Source: Eledone cirrhosa
Taxonomy: Eukaryota
Reading direction: 5' to 3'
Assembly (NCBI GenBank): GCA_964016885.1
Contig: OZ024752.1
Location: 11,532,001-11,596,000 of the forward strand
DNA: 64,000 bases
Part shown: piece after piece, positions 1-13,081 of the stretch
Layout: every line of letters starts with the position of its first letter
Numbering within the stretch: the first letter of the stretch is position 1
The notes under the pieces: model-generated
The model's database searches: none
Seen by the model: the letters and a program-made list of their open reading frames with translations, nothing else
What the model was told of the DNA's origin: nothing
Position numbers and translations under genes: made by a program

Positions 1-9
1 AAGCAGTCA

Positions 10-400
10 CTAATAACAGGGGCGCAAGCACTCCTATCCCGATGTCATCTACAGAGATTCTGGTATTGAAATCCAGGACTTGGCAACGGTAATGAACGAC
101 AGACTCACGTGGAGATCAATTGTTGATTCCATTTTAGCTGAGGCCACCGGATGATGATTCATCGTAATATCATTTAACCTATAACTTTACAAAATACTCC
201 AGCAATGCTGGTATAATAACTGCCTCCCCCTCTCTCGCTCTCTCAATCTCTCACTATGATGAGCAAATGGGGGCCTACGCGCTGGCCACACCACGACCCC
301 GGTGGACAGAATAGAGAAGGCAACGGCAATGAGCGACAGACTCACGTGGAGATCAATTGTTGAGTCGTCGATTTCGGCTGAGGCCGCCGGATGATAAGTG
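10..400 (+). mobile_element. Two truncated 3' ends of an RTE-like LINE (approx. 10-160 and 255-397)
   Basis: Direct repeat of ggcaacggYaatgaRcgacagactcacgtggagatcaattgttga...gctgaggccRccggatgat, each ending in a tgatga-like tail; resembles RTE ORF C-terminus/3' end. Confidence 0.55.
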
Positions 401-859
401 AACCAAACTCCCTAACCTTAAAATCGGGCACCCTTCTGTTTCCATAATGCTATTGCACAATTCTACTCCTTTATTCGTCATTGAGTTAAAATAATTTCGT
501 TATATATTCCAGCTGTATTTCCTTAGTTTTATATCTAATTTGTATACTAAAGTAATTTTATAAAATTATCTTTCCTTAAGAAAACAAGAGAGCATAATAT
601 AATAATTGATTTCATTAACTCTTTATTGAAGCCGTTTAATATTATATTGTTTAAAACGTGAACAAAATGTTAGAATATGCTCGTGTCAGTATATATATAG
701 AGAGCGTGTAAAAATTTCCCAGTTTTACTCCAGTGGCGCTGCTACTTAACATATGGTACACTTTTGTTCTAAAACTCTTCAACAAAAACCTCGATTAGTA
801 ATATGATTATAAATATAGATATGAGTATGGCAACTTATGGCGTTTTTGTATTTTCTAAT

Positions 860-1222
860 AATTGTTTTTACTTTTGGCACAAGGCCAGCAATTACCAGTA
901 TATTATTGGTACTTTATATTATCGACCCCATAAGGATGAAAGGCAAAGTTAACCTCGACGGGATTTGAACTCAGACCGTAAAGGGACGTAACTATGCTAG
1001 AAAGCATGGCGTCCAAACCCTCTATCGGTAGTGCCAATTCACCGCCCTTGTATTTGCTAATAATTGTTTCTACTTTTGGCACAAGGCCAGCAATTACCAG
1101 TATATTACTGGTACTTTATTTTATCGACCCCGTAAGGATGAAAGTCAAAGTTAACCTCGGCGGGATTTGAACTCAGACTGTAAAGGGACGTAACTTTATG
1201 GTGGAAAACATGGCGTCCAACC
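860..1222 (-). mobile_element. Two tandem copies of tRNA-derived SINE (family S1)
   Basis: Reverse complement of the S1 consensus: A box tggcagtatcgg, B box gagttcaaatcc, central gcctttcatccttacggggtcgataaa (Nin/Deu-like domain), tail agtagaaacaatt. Confidence 0.85.
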
Positions 1223-1253
1223 CTATAATGTATTTAAATAATCGCTTCTATAT

Positions 1254-1295
<42 letters not shown>

Positions 1296-1409
1296 TAATA
1301 AGCGTTTATATGAATATACAGACACACAGACACACATAATTCAATTCCCACACACGCACACAAATCAATTCAATTATATAATAATTACAAGTCCATAATC
1401 AATTCTTTA

Positions 1410-1448
<39 letters not shown>

Positions 1449-1583
1449 GTGTGTGTGTGTGTGTATGTATGTGTGTGTGTGTTTGCGTGTGTGTGTACAA
1501 AGAAGGCGTGGTACCATACCAGGTGGGACATAACGCACCAGAGTAGTCGATACTTAGGGAAGTAGAGTGGGTAATAGGAAAAA

Positions 1584-1680
1584 GAGTCAGGACCCCGACG
1601 GCTGAGCTCCGTCCGTTTCGACAGCTAGATCGGATCTAGATGTCGAAACGGCCGGAACTCAGCCGTCGGGGTCCTGAAGC
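1584..1680. repeat. Fold-back of element family D containing the 3' half of a hammerhead
   Basis: tcaggaccccgacggctgag ... ctcagccgtcggggtcctga inverted arms; GAAA-CGGC-loop-GCCG-UC; related copies at 5117-5241, 10310-10346, 10404-10475, 20559-20588, 21986-22053. Confidence 0.75.
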
Positions 1681-1684
1681 TTTT

Positions 1685-1726
<42 letters not shown>

Positions 1727-1827
1727 AACTAATAATAGACTTATTATTAAAGTATTGAATTGACTTACGTACGTTTCACTATATATATAACTCCCTCTCG
1801 GAGTTCCTGTTCTCTCCCTATCCGAAA

Positions 1828-1864
1828 GTTCCTGATGAAGGACTTATGTCCGAAACGTCGGAAC
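1828..1864 (+). ncRNA. Minimal type-I hammerhead ribozyme
   Basis: gttc-CTGATGA-a-ggac ttat gtcc-GAAA-CG-TC-ggaac; palindromic ACGU stem III typical of PLE-associated minimal hammerheads. Confidence 0.75.
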
Positions 1865-1939
1865 CTCCTCCACCTCCTTTAAGGGTAAACCTAATACAAC
1901 TGTGTACAATTGCCGCCTGTGTTTTCTTCGTTCATGTTC

Positions 1940-2026
<87 letters not shown>

Positions 2027-2027
<1 letters not shown>

Positions 2028-2147
2028 CTGTTTCTACTTTAGGCACAAGGCCAGCAATTACCCAGTGCATTACTGGTACTTTATTTTATCGACCCCGTAA
2101 GGATGAAAGGCAAAGTTAACCTCGGCGGGATTTTGAACTCAGATCGT
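2027..2147 (-). mobile_element. SINE S1 fragment
   Basis: Same consensus as 860-1222. Confidence 0.85.
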
Positions 2148-2423
2148 AATATATATATATATATATAACGGCGATGAATTAGTTTTGCCAGGTTTTTGAT
2201 ATGAAATCGTGCCGAAACAAATATTGTTATACTTGGGGAGGGTCATATTGTTGTAATAATATTGCCAGAATTAATAACAGAACACACTCACTGTTTGGTT
2301 GGTTTTCGCTTCTGTGTCTTTTATATCAGTTAATTTAATTTATTCGGTCCTCAATGTTGCCATTGACTGACCAACGGTCAAAAATACAGATACAATATAG
2401 ACACAAACACATATATATAGTGT

Positions 2424-2465
2424 AACAAAGTTCTTTCGTTGCACATCTGCAACATCGTCAGTGGT
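2424..2465 (-). ncRNA. Minimal hammerhead ribozyme (family F)
   Basis: Minus strand: acca-CTGACGA-t-gttgca gatg tgcaac-GAAA-GAAC-TT-tgtt; homolog at 20332-20374. Confidence 0.65.
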
Positions 2466-2633
2466 GCTATTATGTTTCCTCCCGTTGTATTGTATGCCTA
2501 CGCCATCTTTATTTAGTCTGTTTATTTATTTATTTATTTATTTTATATATATATATTTATTCATATATATATATATATATATAAAGAATGAATAATAACA
2601 GGTAGACATCATAAAAAGGTAATTTATTCCGTG

Positions 2634-2745
2634 TGCTTACAAGTGTTTCCACGGTGGTACTGCAGCCTAGTTCCGCTACGTGCAAATTCACAAGTATTTG
2701 CAGAACTCGAATATCCAATGCTGTGACCACTGTTTCCTCAGAGCA
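2634..2745 (-). ncRNA. Type-I hammerhead with extended stem II
   Basis: Minus strand: tgct-CTGAGGA-aacagtggt...accaccgtg-GAAA-CACTTG-TA-agca. Confidence 0.65.
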
Positions 2746-2875
2746 GAATGGTAAATATACAATGTAAAAACCCTTAAGTGGGGTAGTTGGGGAAGATAGA
2801 GTGGAACCTCTCACCGTACGTCAACTATATCCAGTGTAGTAATTAACTATCACTACATCTTGGATAATCCTATAC

Positions 2876-2944
<69 letters not shown>

Positions 2945-3081
2945 AAGTGAAGTTTTTTTTACAAAATAGAAAAAAAAAACGAGGTGTCCTACACAAGTGA
3001 AATTATAAGGAAAAAAGATGAAATCGAAAATGCAACTGGAGTCTTTCTTTAAAAAAATATATATATATATTTATTTGGTTC

Positions 3082-3117
3082 CTTTACCGGTTTCGCAGTT
3101 CTTCTGCTTTTCAAAAG
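3082..3117 (-). ncRNA. Minimal hammerhead, U3-A8 core variant
   Basis: Minus strand: ctt-TTGAAAA-gcag aagaa ctgc-GAAA-CCGG-TA-aag. Confidence 0.65.
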
Positions 3118-3210
3118 TAGAATTGAGATGGAGGGTTTAGAGAGAGAGCGAGATATAGAGAATAAGAAAATGCGAAGTAGTTTCAAATGTTAAAGTCCTT
3201 TATTGATAAG

Positions 3211-3285
3211 GCTGTGATGCATATTTCAATGACGAGAGTGGCCACGTGATTCCACCTAACCAGTGCCATGATCTCATCAGACAGC
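3211..3285 (-). ncRNA. Type-I hammerhead ribozyme
   Basis: Minus strand: gctgt-CTGATGA-(45-nt stem II region)-GAAA-TATGCA-TC-acagc. Confidence 0.7.
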
Positions 3286-3450
3286 TTCTTACATAATAAG
3301 GTTACGTTCTCGAGACAATCCAAATTAAAACGACAAGGGAACGGACAAAGCGGCTGCTCTTGCAGCCTTCGCCCGTATATCAAATATATGTGTATATATA
3401 TATATGTACACATGCGTGTGTCTGTCGTTCATACTATATATATATATATA

Positions 3451-4150
3451 TGGTGGGAGAGGGTGGGGATTGGGATGGGTGGAGGTCATTGTTGAGGGAT
3501 TTAAAGAGAAGGGAGTTCATTAAAGGCTAGTTCTTTGAATCTATAATTTTAACAGGACAGGAGGACACTGTGAACGAGGTCAAATTTGGAATACCAATCC
3601 TTGGAATATATATTAAGAATATATATTAAGAGAAACTTCACAATAAGGGGAATCACCCCAACACTTGAATCTGTTTATAGAACCCTTTCTGCCTTTGTCA
3701 CCCTTATTTCAGCCTTAAAGAATTAGCTTCTAAAGAATTTCCCTTTTCTTTAAACCAATGAACCCCACCCATCCTGTAGACACCTGTCTTACAGCCATTG
3801 TTAGTTTAAGAGATAACCAAGGATTAGTATTCAAAATTTGAATTTGTTTATAGTATTCTTTATGCCTTTGTTAATATTATAGCTTTAAAGAATTAGCTTT
3901 TAATAAACTCCCTTTTCTTTAAATCCTTCAGCCAATGACCTCCACCCATCCCAATCCCCACCCTCTCCTACCACCAGAAAAGATAAGATATAAATACCAC
4001 CACTTACTTAGACAGCCAGTTTCCTGATAATTTCTCACGAATGAAACAGTTCTAGTCCTGTAGGAGCTCTTCTATATTAAAACATTTATACTCTGCTAAG
4101 TATTGAGTACCTTACTTACTGTGGTTACCTCCAATTCAACTCGGAATAAC
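3451..4150 (+). mobile_element. PLE-like terminal-repeat fragment (family C) with 5' inverted segment and decayed hammerhead at 4018-4068
   Basis: 3451-3492 is inverted relative to approx. 3933-3975; agtttc-CTGATAA-tttc..gaat-GAAA-cag..ctg-TA-ggagct; 3' end tattgagtaccttacttactgtggtta shared with 9590-9640, 49878-49925, 50340-50390. Confidence 0.6.
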
Positions 4151-4151
4151 T

Positions 4152-5012
4152 TATATATATAAAACTGAGGATGTCTGTCTGTGTGTGTGAATTTGAATCC
4201 CTAAAACTCGAGATCTACCCAACCGACTGTTTTCAAACTTTACACATGTAATACTTATGTTTCAGGGAGGGTTCTGAGCAAAAGAAATTTCAAATTTTCA
4301 ATGCTCTAGGGACCGCATTAGGCGATTTAGCGATCTCTCTCTATAATTCTTAGTCTTTCGCTTTTTAGATAGATACATACATGTAACGTCGCGCCCTTAT
4401 AATATCTGTTTGTATGTCTGGCTGTCTGAATTACGTCACTTCCCTGAGGATGTCTGTGTGTGTGTGTCTGTGTCTGTGGGTTTGAATCCTTAAAGCTCGA
4501 GAAGTACCCAACCGAATTTTTTCAAACTTTACATGTGTATTACTTATGTTTCTTTTTGATAACCTAGGGTCCGCATTAGGTGACAAAATGCGTTTTTTAA
4601 GCTTTTGGGGGTTTTTTTTACATCAGACCGATTTCCTTGAAATTGTAACTATGTATTAGTCAGTCTCTTCTTCATACCATGAGCAAAGAAAATCCAACTT
4701 TTTTATGGCCTAGGGCTCGCATTAGGTGAAAAACTTAATTTTTTCAGCTTTTTAGGGCTTTTTGGAAGCGTTACGACTAGCCGATTTCCCCAAAATTTCA
4801 AGGCACATAAAAATATTCATTTTCTTGATCCCCTATTAGGTGAAAACCTGCATTTTTCCAGCTTGATCGAGGAAAATCTTAAAGATTATCCACCCATCAG
4901 AGTATTCGGTTTATTTTCTTTACATATTGTCCAGGCATGCAGTTTTTCCACGATTGGGTTTGTTGGCGGCCCGCGTTCCAAAATACCTTATCCCGTGCAA
5001 CGCCGCTGCTAG
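4152..5012 (+). mobile_element. Non-autonomous Helitron-like element
   Basis: 5' tatatataaaactgaggatgtctgtctgtgtg; internal duplication (4164-4262 vs 4444-4550); 3' cccgtgcaacgccg...CTAG followed by t. Confidence 0.6.
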
Positions 5013-5282
5013 TATTATATATATGTATAAGAAAGAAAGTGTGGTAAGATACCAGGTGGACCATAACGCGTCAAAGTACTCGATACTTAGGGTAGTAGAG
5101 TGGGTAATAGGAAAGTGTCAGGACCCCGACGGCTGAGCTCCGACCGTTTCGACAGCTAGATCCGAACTAAGCCAGAATATTGGTGGGTTAGTTCGGATCT
5201 AGCTGTCGAAACGGCCGGAGCTCAGCCGTCGGGGTCCTGACTCTTTTCTTATATATACAGACACACACACACACACACACAC

Positions 5283-5333
<51 letters not shown>

Positions 5334-5334
<1 letters not shown>

Positions 5335-5603
5335 GTAGAAGGTGAGTTTTATTGTAGTACAATAAAGCAATGCAGATATCGGATAAGAAGCACTCTACAG
5401 TTTGTAGGACTGGAGTATACATAATATAAGATCAATATAATATATGTTAATTTAAAACTGCACTATCCACAAGTGTTTTTTAGCCTTCATATCATGTTCT
5501 CCTGTTTTATCTGATGAAAACACAAATATTATTGCATGATGATGTTTGTTTTTGAAATGCGCATAATAAAATACATGGAACTCTTTTAACCATCTTTTGT
5601 TCT

Positions 5604-5606
<3 letters not shown>
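5334..5606 (+). mobile_element. Family A hammerhead-bearing element (inverted 3' end + forward copy)
   Basis: Bounded by (TA)n; same sequence at 5983-6412, 10670-11050, 22527-22945, 23215-23700, 25664-25990. Confidence 0.75.
5505..5571 (+). ncRNA. Minimal type-I hammerhead (family A)
   Basis: ttttat-CTGATGA-stem II-GAAA-TGCGCA(palindrome)-TA-ataaaa. Confidence 0.85.
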
Positions 5607-5641
<35 letters not shown>

Positions 5642-5791
5642 TATATACTCTATTTCTTACTTAGATTGGTGTTGTAATTGTTTTAACTATTTTCTATCTA
5701 GCTAATTTATTTGAGTATTGTTATTATTGTTCTGATTTAATACCACTACTATATATAGAAGCCATGCCTGTGTATATCCTTCATTCTCGCA

Positions 5792-5899
5792 TGTTCTGAT
5801 GAATAGACTGGTTATAACAACGTATTGGTGACCGATTGACGCAAAATCAGGCGGGTAGCGATCTCTAGAACTACCAGTTCAGAGAAACAATTGTAAGCA
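5792..5899 (+). ncRNA. Type-I hammerhead with long stem II
   Basis: tgtt-CTGATGA-..gactggt...accagtt..-GAAA-CAATTG-TA-agca. Confidence 0.65.
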
Positions 5900-5948
5900 A
5901 TGTGAATAAAGCCCTTATTGTATAGCAAACTATGTCACTATTCTTTCT

Positions 5949-5982
<34 letters not shown>

Positions 5983-5988
<6 letters not shown>

Positions 5989-6409
5989 AGATCAAAAGAT
6001 GGTTAAAGGAGTTCCATATATTTTATTATGCGCATTTCAAAAACAAACATCATCAAACAATAATATTTGTGTTTTCATCAGATAAAACAGGAGAACATGA
6101 TATGAAGGCTAAAAAACACTTGTTGATAGTGCAGTTTTAAATCAACATATCATTAAATATGTTGATTTAAAACTGCACTATCAACAAGTGTTTTTTAGCC
6201 TTCATATCATGTTCTCCTGTTTTATCTGATGAAAACACAAATATTATTGTTTGATGATGTTTGTTTTTGAAATGCGCATAATAAAATATATGGAACTCCT
6301 TTAACCATCTTTTGATCTTATATTATGCATACTCCAGTCCCACAAACTGTAGAGTGCTTCTTATCCGATATCTGCATTGCTTTATTGTACTACAATAAAA
6401 CTCACCTCC

Positions 6410-6412
<3 letters not shown>
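5983..6412. mobile_element. Family A fold-back with two hammerheads (6021-6087 minus; 6220-6286 plus)
   Basis: Near-perfect inverted arms around approx. 6153; both arms carry the full family A motif. Confidence 0.85.
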
Positions 6413-6476
<64 letters not shown>

Positions 6477-7047
6477 TGAACAGCAGACATACGCATGTGT
6501 ACATATATATAAATACACATTTTTTTATATATATGTGTATATATATGCGTCTAGTAGGTCAGAGATAGACGTAATAAATATGTAATAAATGGGTGTTTTT
6601 ATGAGCGAAATATTCGGTTTTTGCTTTCATGAGATGCATTTCTTTCCGTGGGGTAAGCGTGATACACCACAGGCGTCGAATATATGAGACACTCATTACA
6701 TCTGGTTCTGCGTCTAACAATTATCTCATTAGAACTTGTGATAACATTGTTTATTTCGACACGATAATAACAACAATGCTACGTCACAATCGAAGATAGC
6801 TGAATACTTCATTAATAAGATGCTGACACATGGATAAATAATTGAAAAGGTTGTGTGTGTGTTTTTTTTTTAAAGAAATATAGCAAATGTGGAAAAGTAG
6901 AAAGGTCGTAAGTTTAGTTAGGTTTCTAAACATGGCTGTTCTTGCTGGGTAAAATACCTCCAGCTGTGTTGGAAGAAGTGAACAAGTGACATGTTTTATC
7001 TCGTACGTTGTGATGATCTGCCATATACCAATAGAAATATATACATT

Positions 7048-7401
7048 CATATATATATATATATATATATATATGCTTATACACACACACGCTTATATAT
7101 GCATGCATATCATTATATATATATATGTGTGTGTGTATATGTTTGTATATGTATGTGTGTATATATGTGTGTGTGTATATATATATATGTATACATATAT
7201 ATATATGTATATGTATGTGTGTATACATGTGTATATGTATGTGTGTATATATGTGTGTGTGTATATATATATATGTATATGTATATATATATGTATATGT
7301 ATGTGTGTATACATGTGTATGTGTATGTGTTTATATATGTGTATATGTATATGTGTATACATAAGTATGCATATATGTGTATATATTTGTATGTACAGGG
7401 G

Positions 7402-7434
<33 letters not shown>

Positions 7435-7467
7435 GTATACATACGTAAGTATATGTGTGTGTGTATG

Positions 7468-7500
<33 letters not shown>
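7048..7500. repeat. Compound (TA)n/(TG)n microsatellite
   Basis: Direct observation. Confidence 0.95.
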
Positions 7501-7501
<1 letters not shown>

Positions 7502-8186
7502 CTCTTGCGTATTAATTTATTTAAAGCAGGAAAACTTCCAAAGGTGAATTGACGTAACTTTATCGGGGACGGTGGAGAGGTTGGAGGGGGCTGTGCCAGT
7601 GTATGTGTTCATATATAACTGTTTATACATACGTGGCTATGTTAAACTCTTGTAAGACTTTATAGAGAGAGAAATAGTTAGATAGATATATAAGTGCTGA
7701 GATATAGAGATGGAGGCAACAATAATTAGTTGGTAAATAATATATGCTAGAAGAAGAGATAATTATCATCTATCTTCAGTATACGTAGAACAGAGTCACC
7801 CGAGGACATATGTTCAGGGATTGTTATTGAAGCACTTGTGTATCAATTTTTATACGACTTCCAATGTTCTTCACTTTCTATGAACAAATTGAACTGTCAT
7901 TTCAACTGTCAATGTATAGTATGAAGCGATGGTATATGCAAGTACATAAGAATAAATAGCTGAAGTAATCATAGATAAGATATACAAACTAATCTTTTCT
8001 CTAGTTGTCACATTAAATAATTACGATTTCTAATTATTGTTATATGAAAAGAGAACGTCGCGTGTGTATTATTGCTGTTGCAGTTGCTGTTGATGGCTTG
8101 TAGCTTTGTTGTTGTCTAGCTCAACCCGATTGTGGTCCAGCAAACCTGATACTTATTTTAACGATTAATTGCTGTGAGCCGTTACT

Positions 8187-9050
8187 TCTCCGAATTGAGA
8201 GACTACAGTTACGATACTCTGGGCTGCTATGGACATGGAGTTAGAATGTCTCAGGAAAGAATCGTTGGAGAGTTGCTCCAGGTAGAGCCGCTACCTCTCC
8301 GAATTGGGAGATCACAGCTCCGATACTATGGATATGGAGTTAGAATGTCTCAGGAAAGAATCGCTGGAGAGTTGCTCCAGGTAGAGCCGCTACCTCTCCG
8401 AATTGGGAGATCACAGCTCCGATACTATGGACATGGAGTTAGAATGTCTCAGGAAAGAATCGCTGGAGAGTTGCTCCAGGTAGAGCCGCTATCTCTCCGA
8501 ATTGGGAGATCACAGCTCCGATACTATGGATATGGAGTTAGAATGTCTCAGGAAAGAATCGTTGGAGAGTTGCTCCAGGTAGAGCCGCTATCTCTCCGAA
8601 TTGGGAGCTCACAGCTCCGATACTATGGACATGGAGTTAGAATGTCTCAGGAAAGAATCGTTGGAGAGTTGCTCCAGGTAGAGCCGCTATCTCTCCGAAT
8701 TGGGAGATCACAGCTCCGATACTATGGATATGGAGTTAGAATGTCTCAGGAAAGAATCGTTGGAGAGTTGCTCCAGGTAGAGCCGTTACCTCTCCGAATT
8801 GGGAGATCACAGCTCCGATACTATGGACATGGAGTTAGAATGTCTCAGGAAAGGATCGCCGGACATATTTTACAAACAAAACCAACCGGCAAGAGACCCA
8901 AGGATAGATCCTGAGCAAGATGGTTGGATAACATCTATGAGTTTGGCTGGTACCGCTTTGGGACCCAGCCGAATCAGTTGAAAACGGTTGCTCGTGACAG
9001 GAACTACTGGAAGGAGTGTTTGAGGACTATGCTCCCTTGCCTTTTCCACC
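8187..9050 (+). mobile_element. RTE LINE 3' fragment with internal 99-bp tandem amplification (approx. 6.7 units)
   Basis: agttgctcca at 8271, 8370, 8469...; peptide RSQLRYYGHGVRMSQERI...PTGKRP..R..W.DNI resembles the post-RT RTE domain; same family at 52945-53570. Confidence 0.8.
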
Positions 9051-9463
9051 CCTATTCCATTTTTATATTTGCTTATTTTACATTCCATTCTTTCTTTTCA
9101 ATCTATTTTTTTTTCTTTTTCTATTAAATTGTTTTTACTACTGTAAACATCAACATAGTTTAGTTTTGTCTTTCTCTATTTTACATATACACGAAGGTGA
9201 GCATCCCCGAGACAAAACGTCAGTAATATTTTTTTACCTGGTTTATGAACGTAACAGATGCATAGTTAATCCTTTTGTTGATTCTCTCCTAATTTACATT
9301 AATCGATTAACATTTAACGTTTTAATGAGTATTCGTATGTCTGTGACCCAGTTTGTTTTTGTGCGTAGCTGTGTGTGAATATTTAGAGGTGTATATTTGT
9401 ATGTGTGGTTGTGTCTGTATGGTCGTGTTTAAATTTGTGAGGTTGTTTGTGTGTGAATCTGTG

Positions 9464-9505
<42 letters not shown>

Positions 9506-9525
9506 CACATAGAACCCGGGATAAA

Positions 9526-9559
<34 letters not shown>

Positions 9560-9666
9560 TAGATATAGATATAGATATATAAGTTTATCCAGGGTTCAAT
9601 CGGGGGTAACCACAGTAAGTAAGGTACTCACTAAATAGCAGAGTATAAATATTTAATATAGAAATA

Positions 9667-9715
9667 GCTTCTACAGGACTAGAACTGTTTCATTCGGGAG
9701 AAATCTTCAGGAAGC
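9667..9715 (-). ncRNA. Type-I hammerhead (family C)
   Basis: Minus strand: gcttc-CTGAAGA-tttc tccc gaat-GAAA-cag ttctagtc ctg-TA-gaagc. Confidence 0.8.
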
Positions 9716-10039
9716 CGACTGTCCAAGTAATATGGTGGTATTTATACCTTTTCTGGTAGTAATTGGGATGGATGAAGGTCATTGGTTCATGGATTTAAAG
9801 AAAAGGGAATTCTTTAAAAACTATATTTCGAGTAACAAATATATATATAGAATATTTAGATTTTTATTGAACCTCTCTTCTCTGCACTAATCACCCATGA
9901 TCTTCTCCCCCCCCCCCCCTCTCTCTCTCTCTGTTTGTATCTCTAACTTGTTTATCATCTTTCTTCTTTTGCTCCGTCTCTTCTCTTTTCCCACCATGCT
10001 TAGCCACAATGAAAAAATCCTGGTGTATTTCTATTATTT

Positions 10040-10100
10040 TTTCATTCTGTTGACTGAAAGCAAATGTTGTTTGCTTTCAAGAAACCACTGGTAAATGAAA
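10040..10100 (+). ncRNA. Hammerhead with A6U core substitution (probably inactive copy)
   Basis: tttcatt-CTGTTGA-c tgaaagcaaa tgttg tttgctttca a-GAAA-CCACTGG-TA-aatgaaa. Confidence 0.65.
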
Positions 10101-10353
10101 TAATTATCTTATGTTGTTTATTACATAACTAATAAGCTCTGTAACCTACATAGAGCACTCTTTTTTCCTGGACCTTTCCGACGGAATTACTTCATTCATA
10201 TATATATATATATATAACAAAGAGGGAACGCTAAGATACCAGGTGGACCATGACGCACTGGACTGTACCCCTCGCCGTTCTAATACTGGTGGCTTAGTTC
10301 GGATCTAGCAGTCGAAACGGCCAGAGCTCAGCCGTCGGGGTCCTGAATCTTTT

Positions 10354-10397
<44 letters not shown>

Positions 10398-10561
10398 AAA
10401 AGGTTCAGGACCCCTACGGCAGAGCTCAAGAAATAGACGTCGAAACGGCTTGAACTCGGCCGTCGAGGTCCTGAACTTTTCCTATTACCCACTCTACTAC
10501 CCAAAGTATCGAGTACTCTGGTGCGTTATGGTCCACCTGGTTCCTTACCACACTTCCCTCG

Positions 10562-10673
<112 letters not shown>

Positions 10674-10943
10674 GAGGTGTGTTTTATTGTGGTACAATAA
10701 AGCAATGCAAATATCGGATAAGTAGTCTCTCTCTATCACCCATCTCTCCTCCTCTCTCATCCTTCCTTCTTATTCTCCTCCTCCACCATTCTCTACTCTC
10801 ATCTCCTCCTCTTTCTCACCCTTTCCAAACTCCCCCTCACTTTTTCCCAATATCACACATCAATCTTAAATTATTTTTCATATGTTGATTTAAAACTTCA
10901 TTATTCACAAGTGTTTTTTAACCTTCATATCATGCATCCCTAT

Positions 10944-11010
10944 TTTTATCTGATGAAAACGCAGATATCATTTCATGATGATATTTGTTTTTGAAATGCG
11001 CATAATAAAA
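10944..11010 (+). ncRNA. Minimal hammerhead (family A)
   Basis: ttttat-CTGATGA...GAAA-TGCGCA-TA-ataaaa. Confidence 0.8.
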
Positions 11011-11042
11011 TACTTGGAACTCTTTTAACCATCTTTTGATCT

Positions 11043-11090
<48 letters not shown>

Positions 11091-11151
11091 ATGTATGTAT
11101 GTATACACGCGTACAGACGTGGGCAGTTGGTTGAGAAGCCTGCTTCCCAAA

Positions 11152-11341
11152 TAATTGTTTCTACTTTAGGCACAAGGCCAGCAATTACCCAGTGCATTAC
11201 TGGTACTTTATTTTATCGACCCCGTAAGGATGAAAGGCAAAGTCAACCTCGGCGGGATTTGAACTCAGATCGTAAAGGGACGTAACTATGCTGGAAAGCA
11301 TGGCGTCCGACCCTCTACCGACACTGCCAATCCACCGCCCT
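11152..11341 (-). mobile_element. Full-length SINE S1
   Basis: A/B boxes and central domain on minus strand. Confidence 0.9.
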
Positions 11342-12500
11342 CTTCCCAAATAATGAGACCCCAAACTCATCTTGTACCTCAATTTGAGAACGTTTCTTTA
11401 ACCATAGACTCCAGTGAATGAACACTCGCTAGTTTCGAACTGTTCACCACGAAACCACATATATATATAATATAAAAACACACATTTGAGTGAAGTTTGA
11501 ATAATACGCATCTATATACAGTCATTCGGTGTTGTCCATGCACAAATGTATACTTATGGTAATATCAATGCAGACAAAAACTTATTATATTTTGCAATAA
11601 TATACAGAGAGTTTATTCTCTGTCAAATTTAAAATTATTAACAATAATATATACGTCCATTTGTGAGAATATGCTACTTATAAAAGTCAGGAAAATTATA
11701 CATGGTTAGTGATATCGGTATGTAGATTCTTTTTATAAGACATTTTCCTTATTCTCCGGATATTTCTCAATTTCTTTCTTGTTTTATATACTAGACATCT
11801 TTTCACCACATATAGACACACACACACATACATGCATACATAAATGCACACATACATACATAGACACACACGCACACACATAGATACCTACATGCACACA
11901 TACATACATACATAGACACACACACACACACATATACATACATACATACATGCACACATACATACATACATACATACATACATACATACATACATACATA
12001 CATACATACATACATAAATACATACATACATAGACACATACACACATACATACATGCACACATGCATTCATACATATATACACACATATGTATACATATG
12101 TACATGCACACATACATACCTAACAATTTGTGAAATTATAAAACCAGAAGAACATACATACACTCACTCATATACATACACACACTTATACATACACACA
12201 TACATACACGCACACATACGTACATACATGGACACATACACACACTCATACATACATATATACATACATAAATACATACGTACATACAAACATGCTGCAT
12301 CTGATAACTGCATGTACACATGTACAGATACAAAGCGTATGCACATGCTCATTTATAATTCAAAACATACACATCTACACATACAATAACATCCATATCT
12401 GCACGCGCATGAACACGTGCAGACATGAATACATATCTACCTAGTTGATGGGTTTTTTTTAAATTCAAATGAAAGAATCTTGTATTTATGTTAGAAACCG

Positions 12501-12531
<31 letters not shown>

Positions 12532-12576
12532 TGGTAAACATTTGTGAAATTATAAAACCAGAACATACAAATACAC

Positions 12577-12684
12577 ATACATACATACATACATACATGA
12601 TGGCTGCCCCCTCGTTATCGAGTATGGCCATTGCACAATAAAAAAATAAAAAAAAAAAAAAATAAAAATAAAATAAAATAAAAA

Positions 12685-12729
<45 letters not shown>

Positions 12730-12760
12730 AAAAAAAAAAAAAATAAAAAAAAGGGAAAAG

Positions 12761-12795
<35 letters not shown>

Positions 12796-12915
12796 TACAT
12801 ACATATATATATACACATATATATACACACACACATACATACACATACATACATATATACACACACACATACATACACATACACTCACACATATATACAC
12901 ACATACATTAATAAC

Positions 12916-12964
<49 letters not shown>

Positions 12965-13043
12965 GCAATAATAATAATAACGACAACAACAATAATAATA
13001 TACATATTCATATATATATACACACACACGCACGCACATAAGC

Positions 13044-13081
<38 letters not shown>

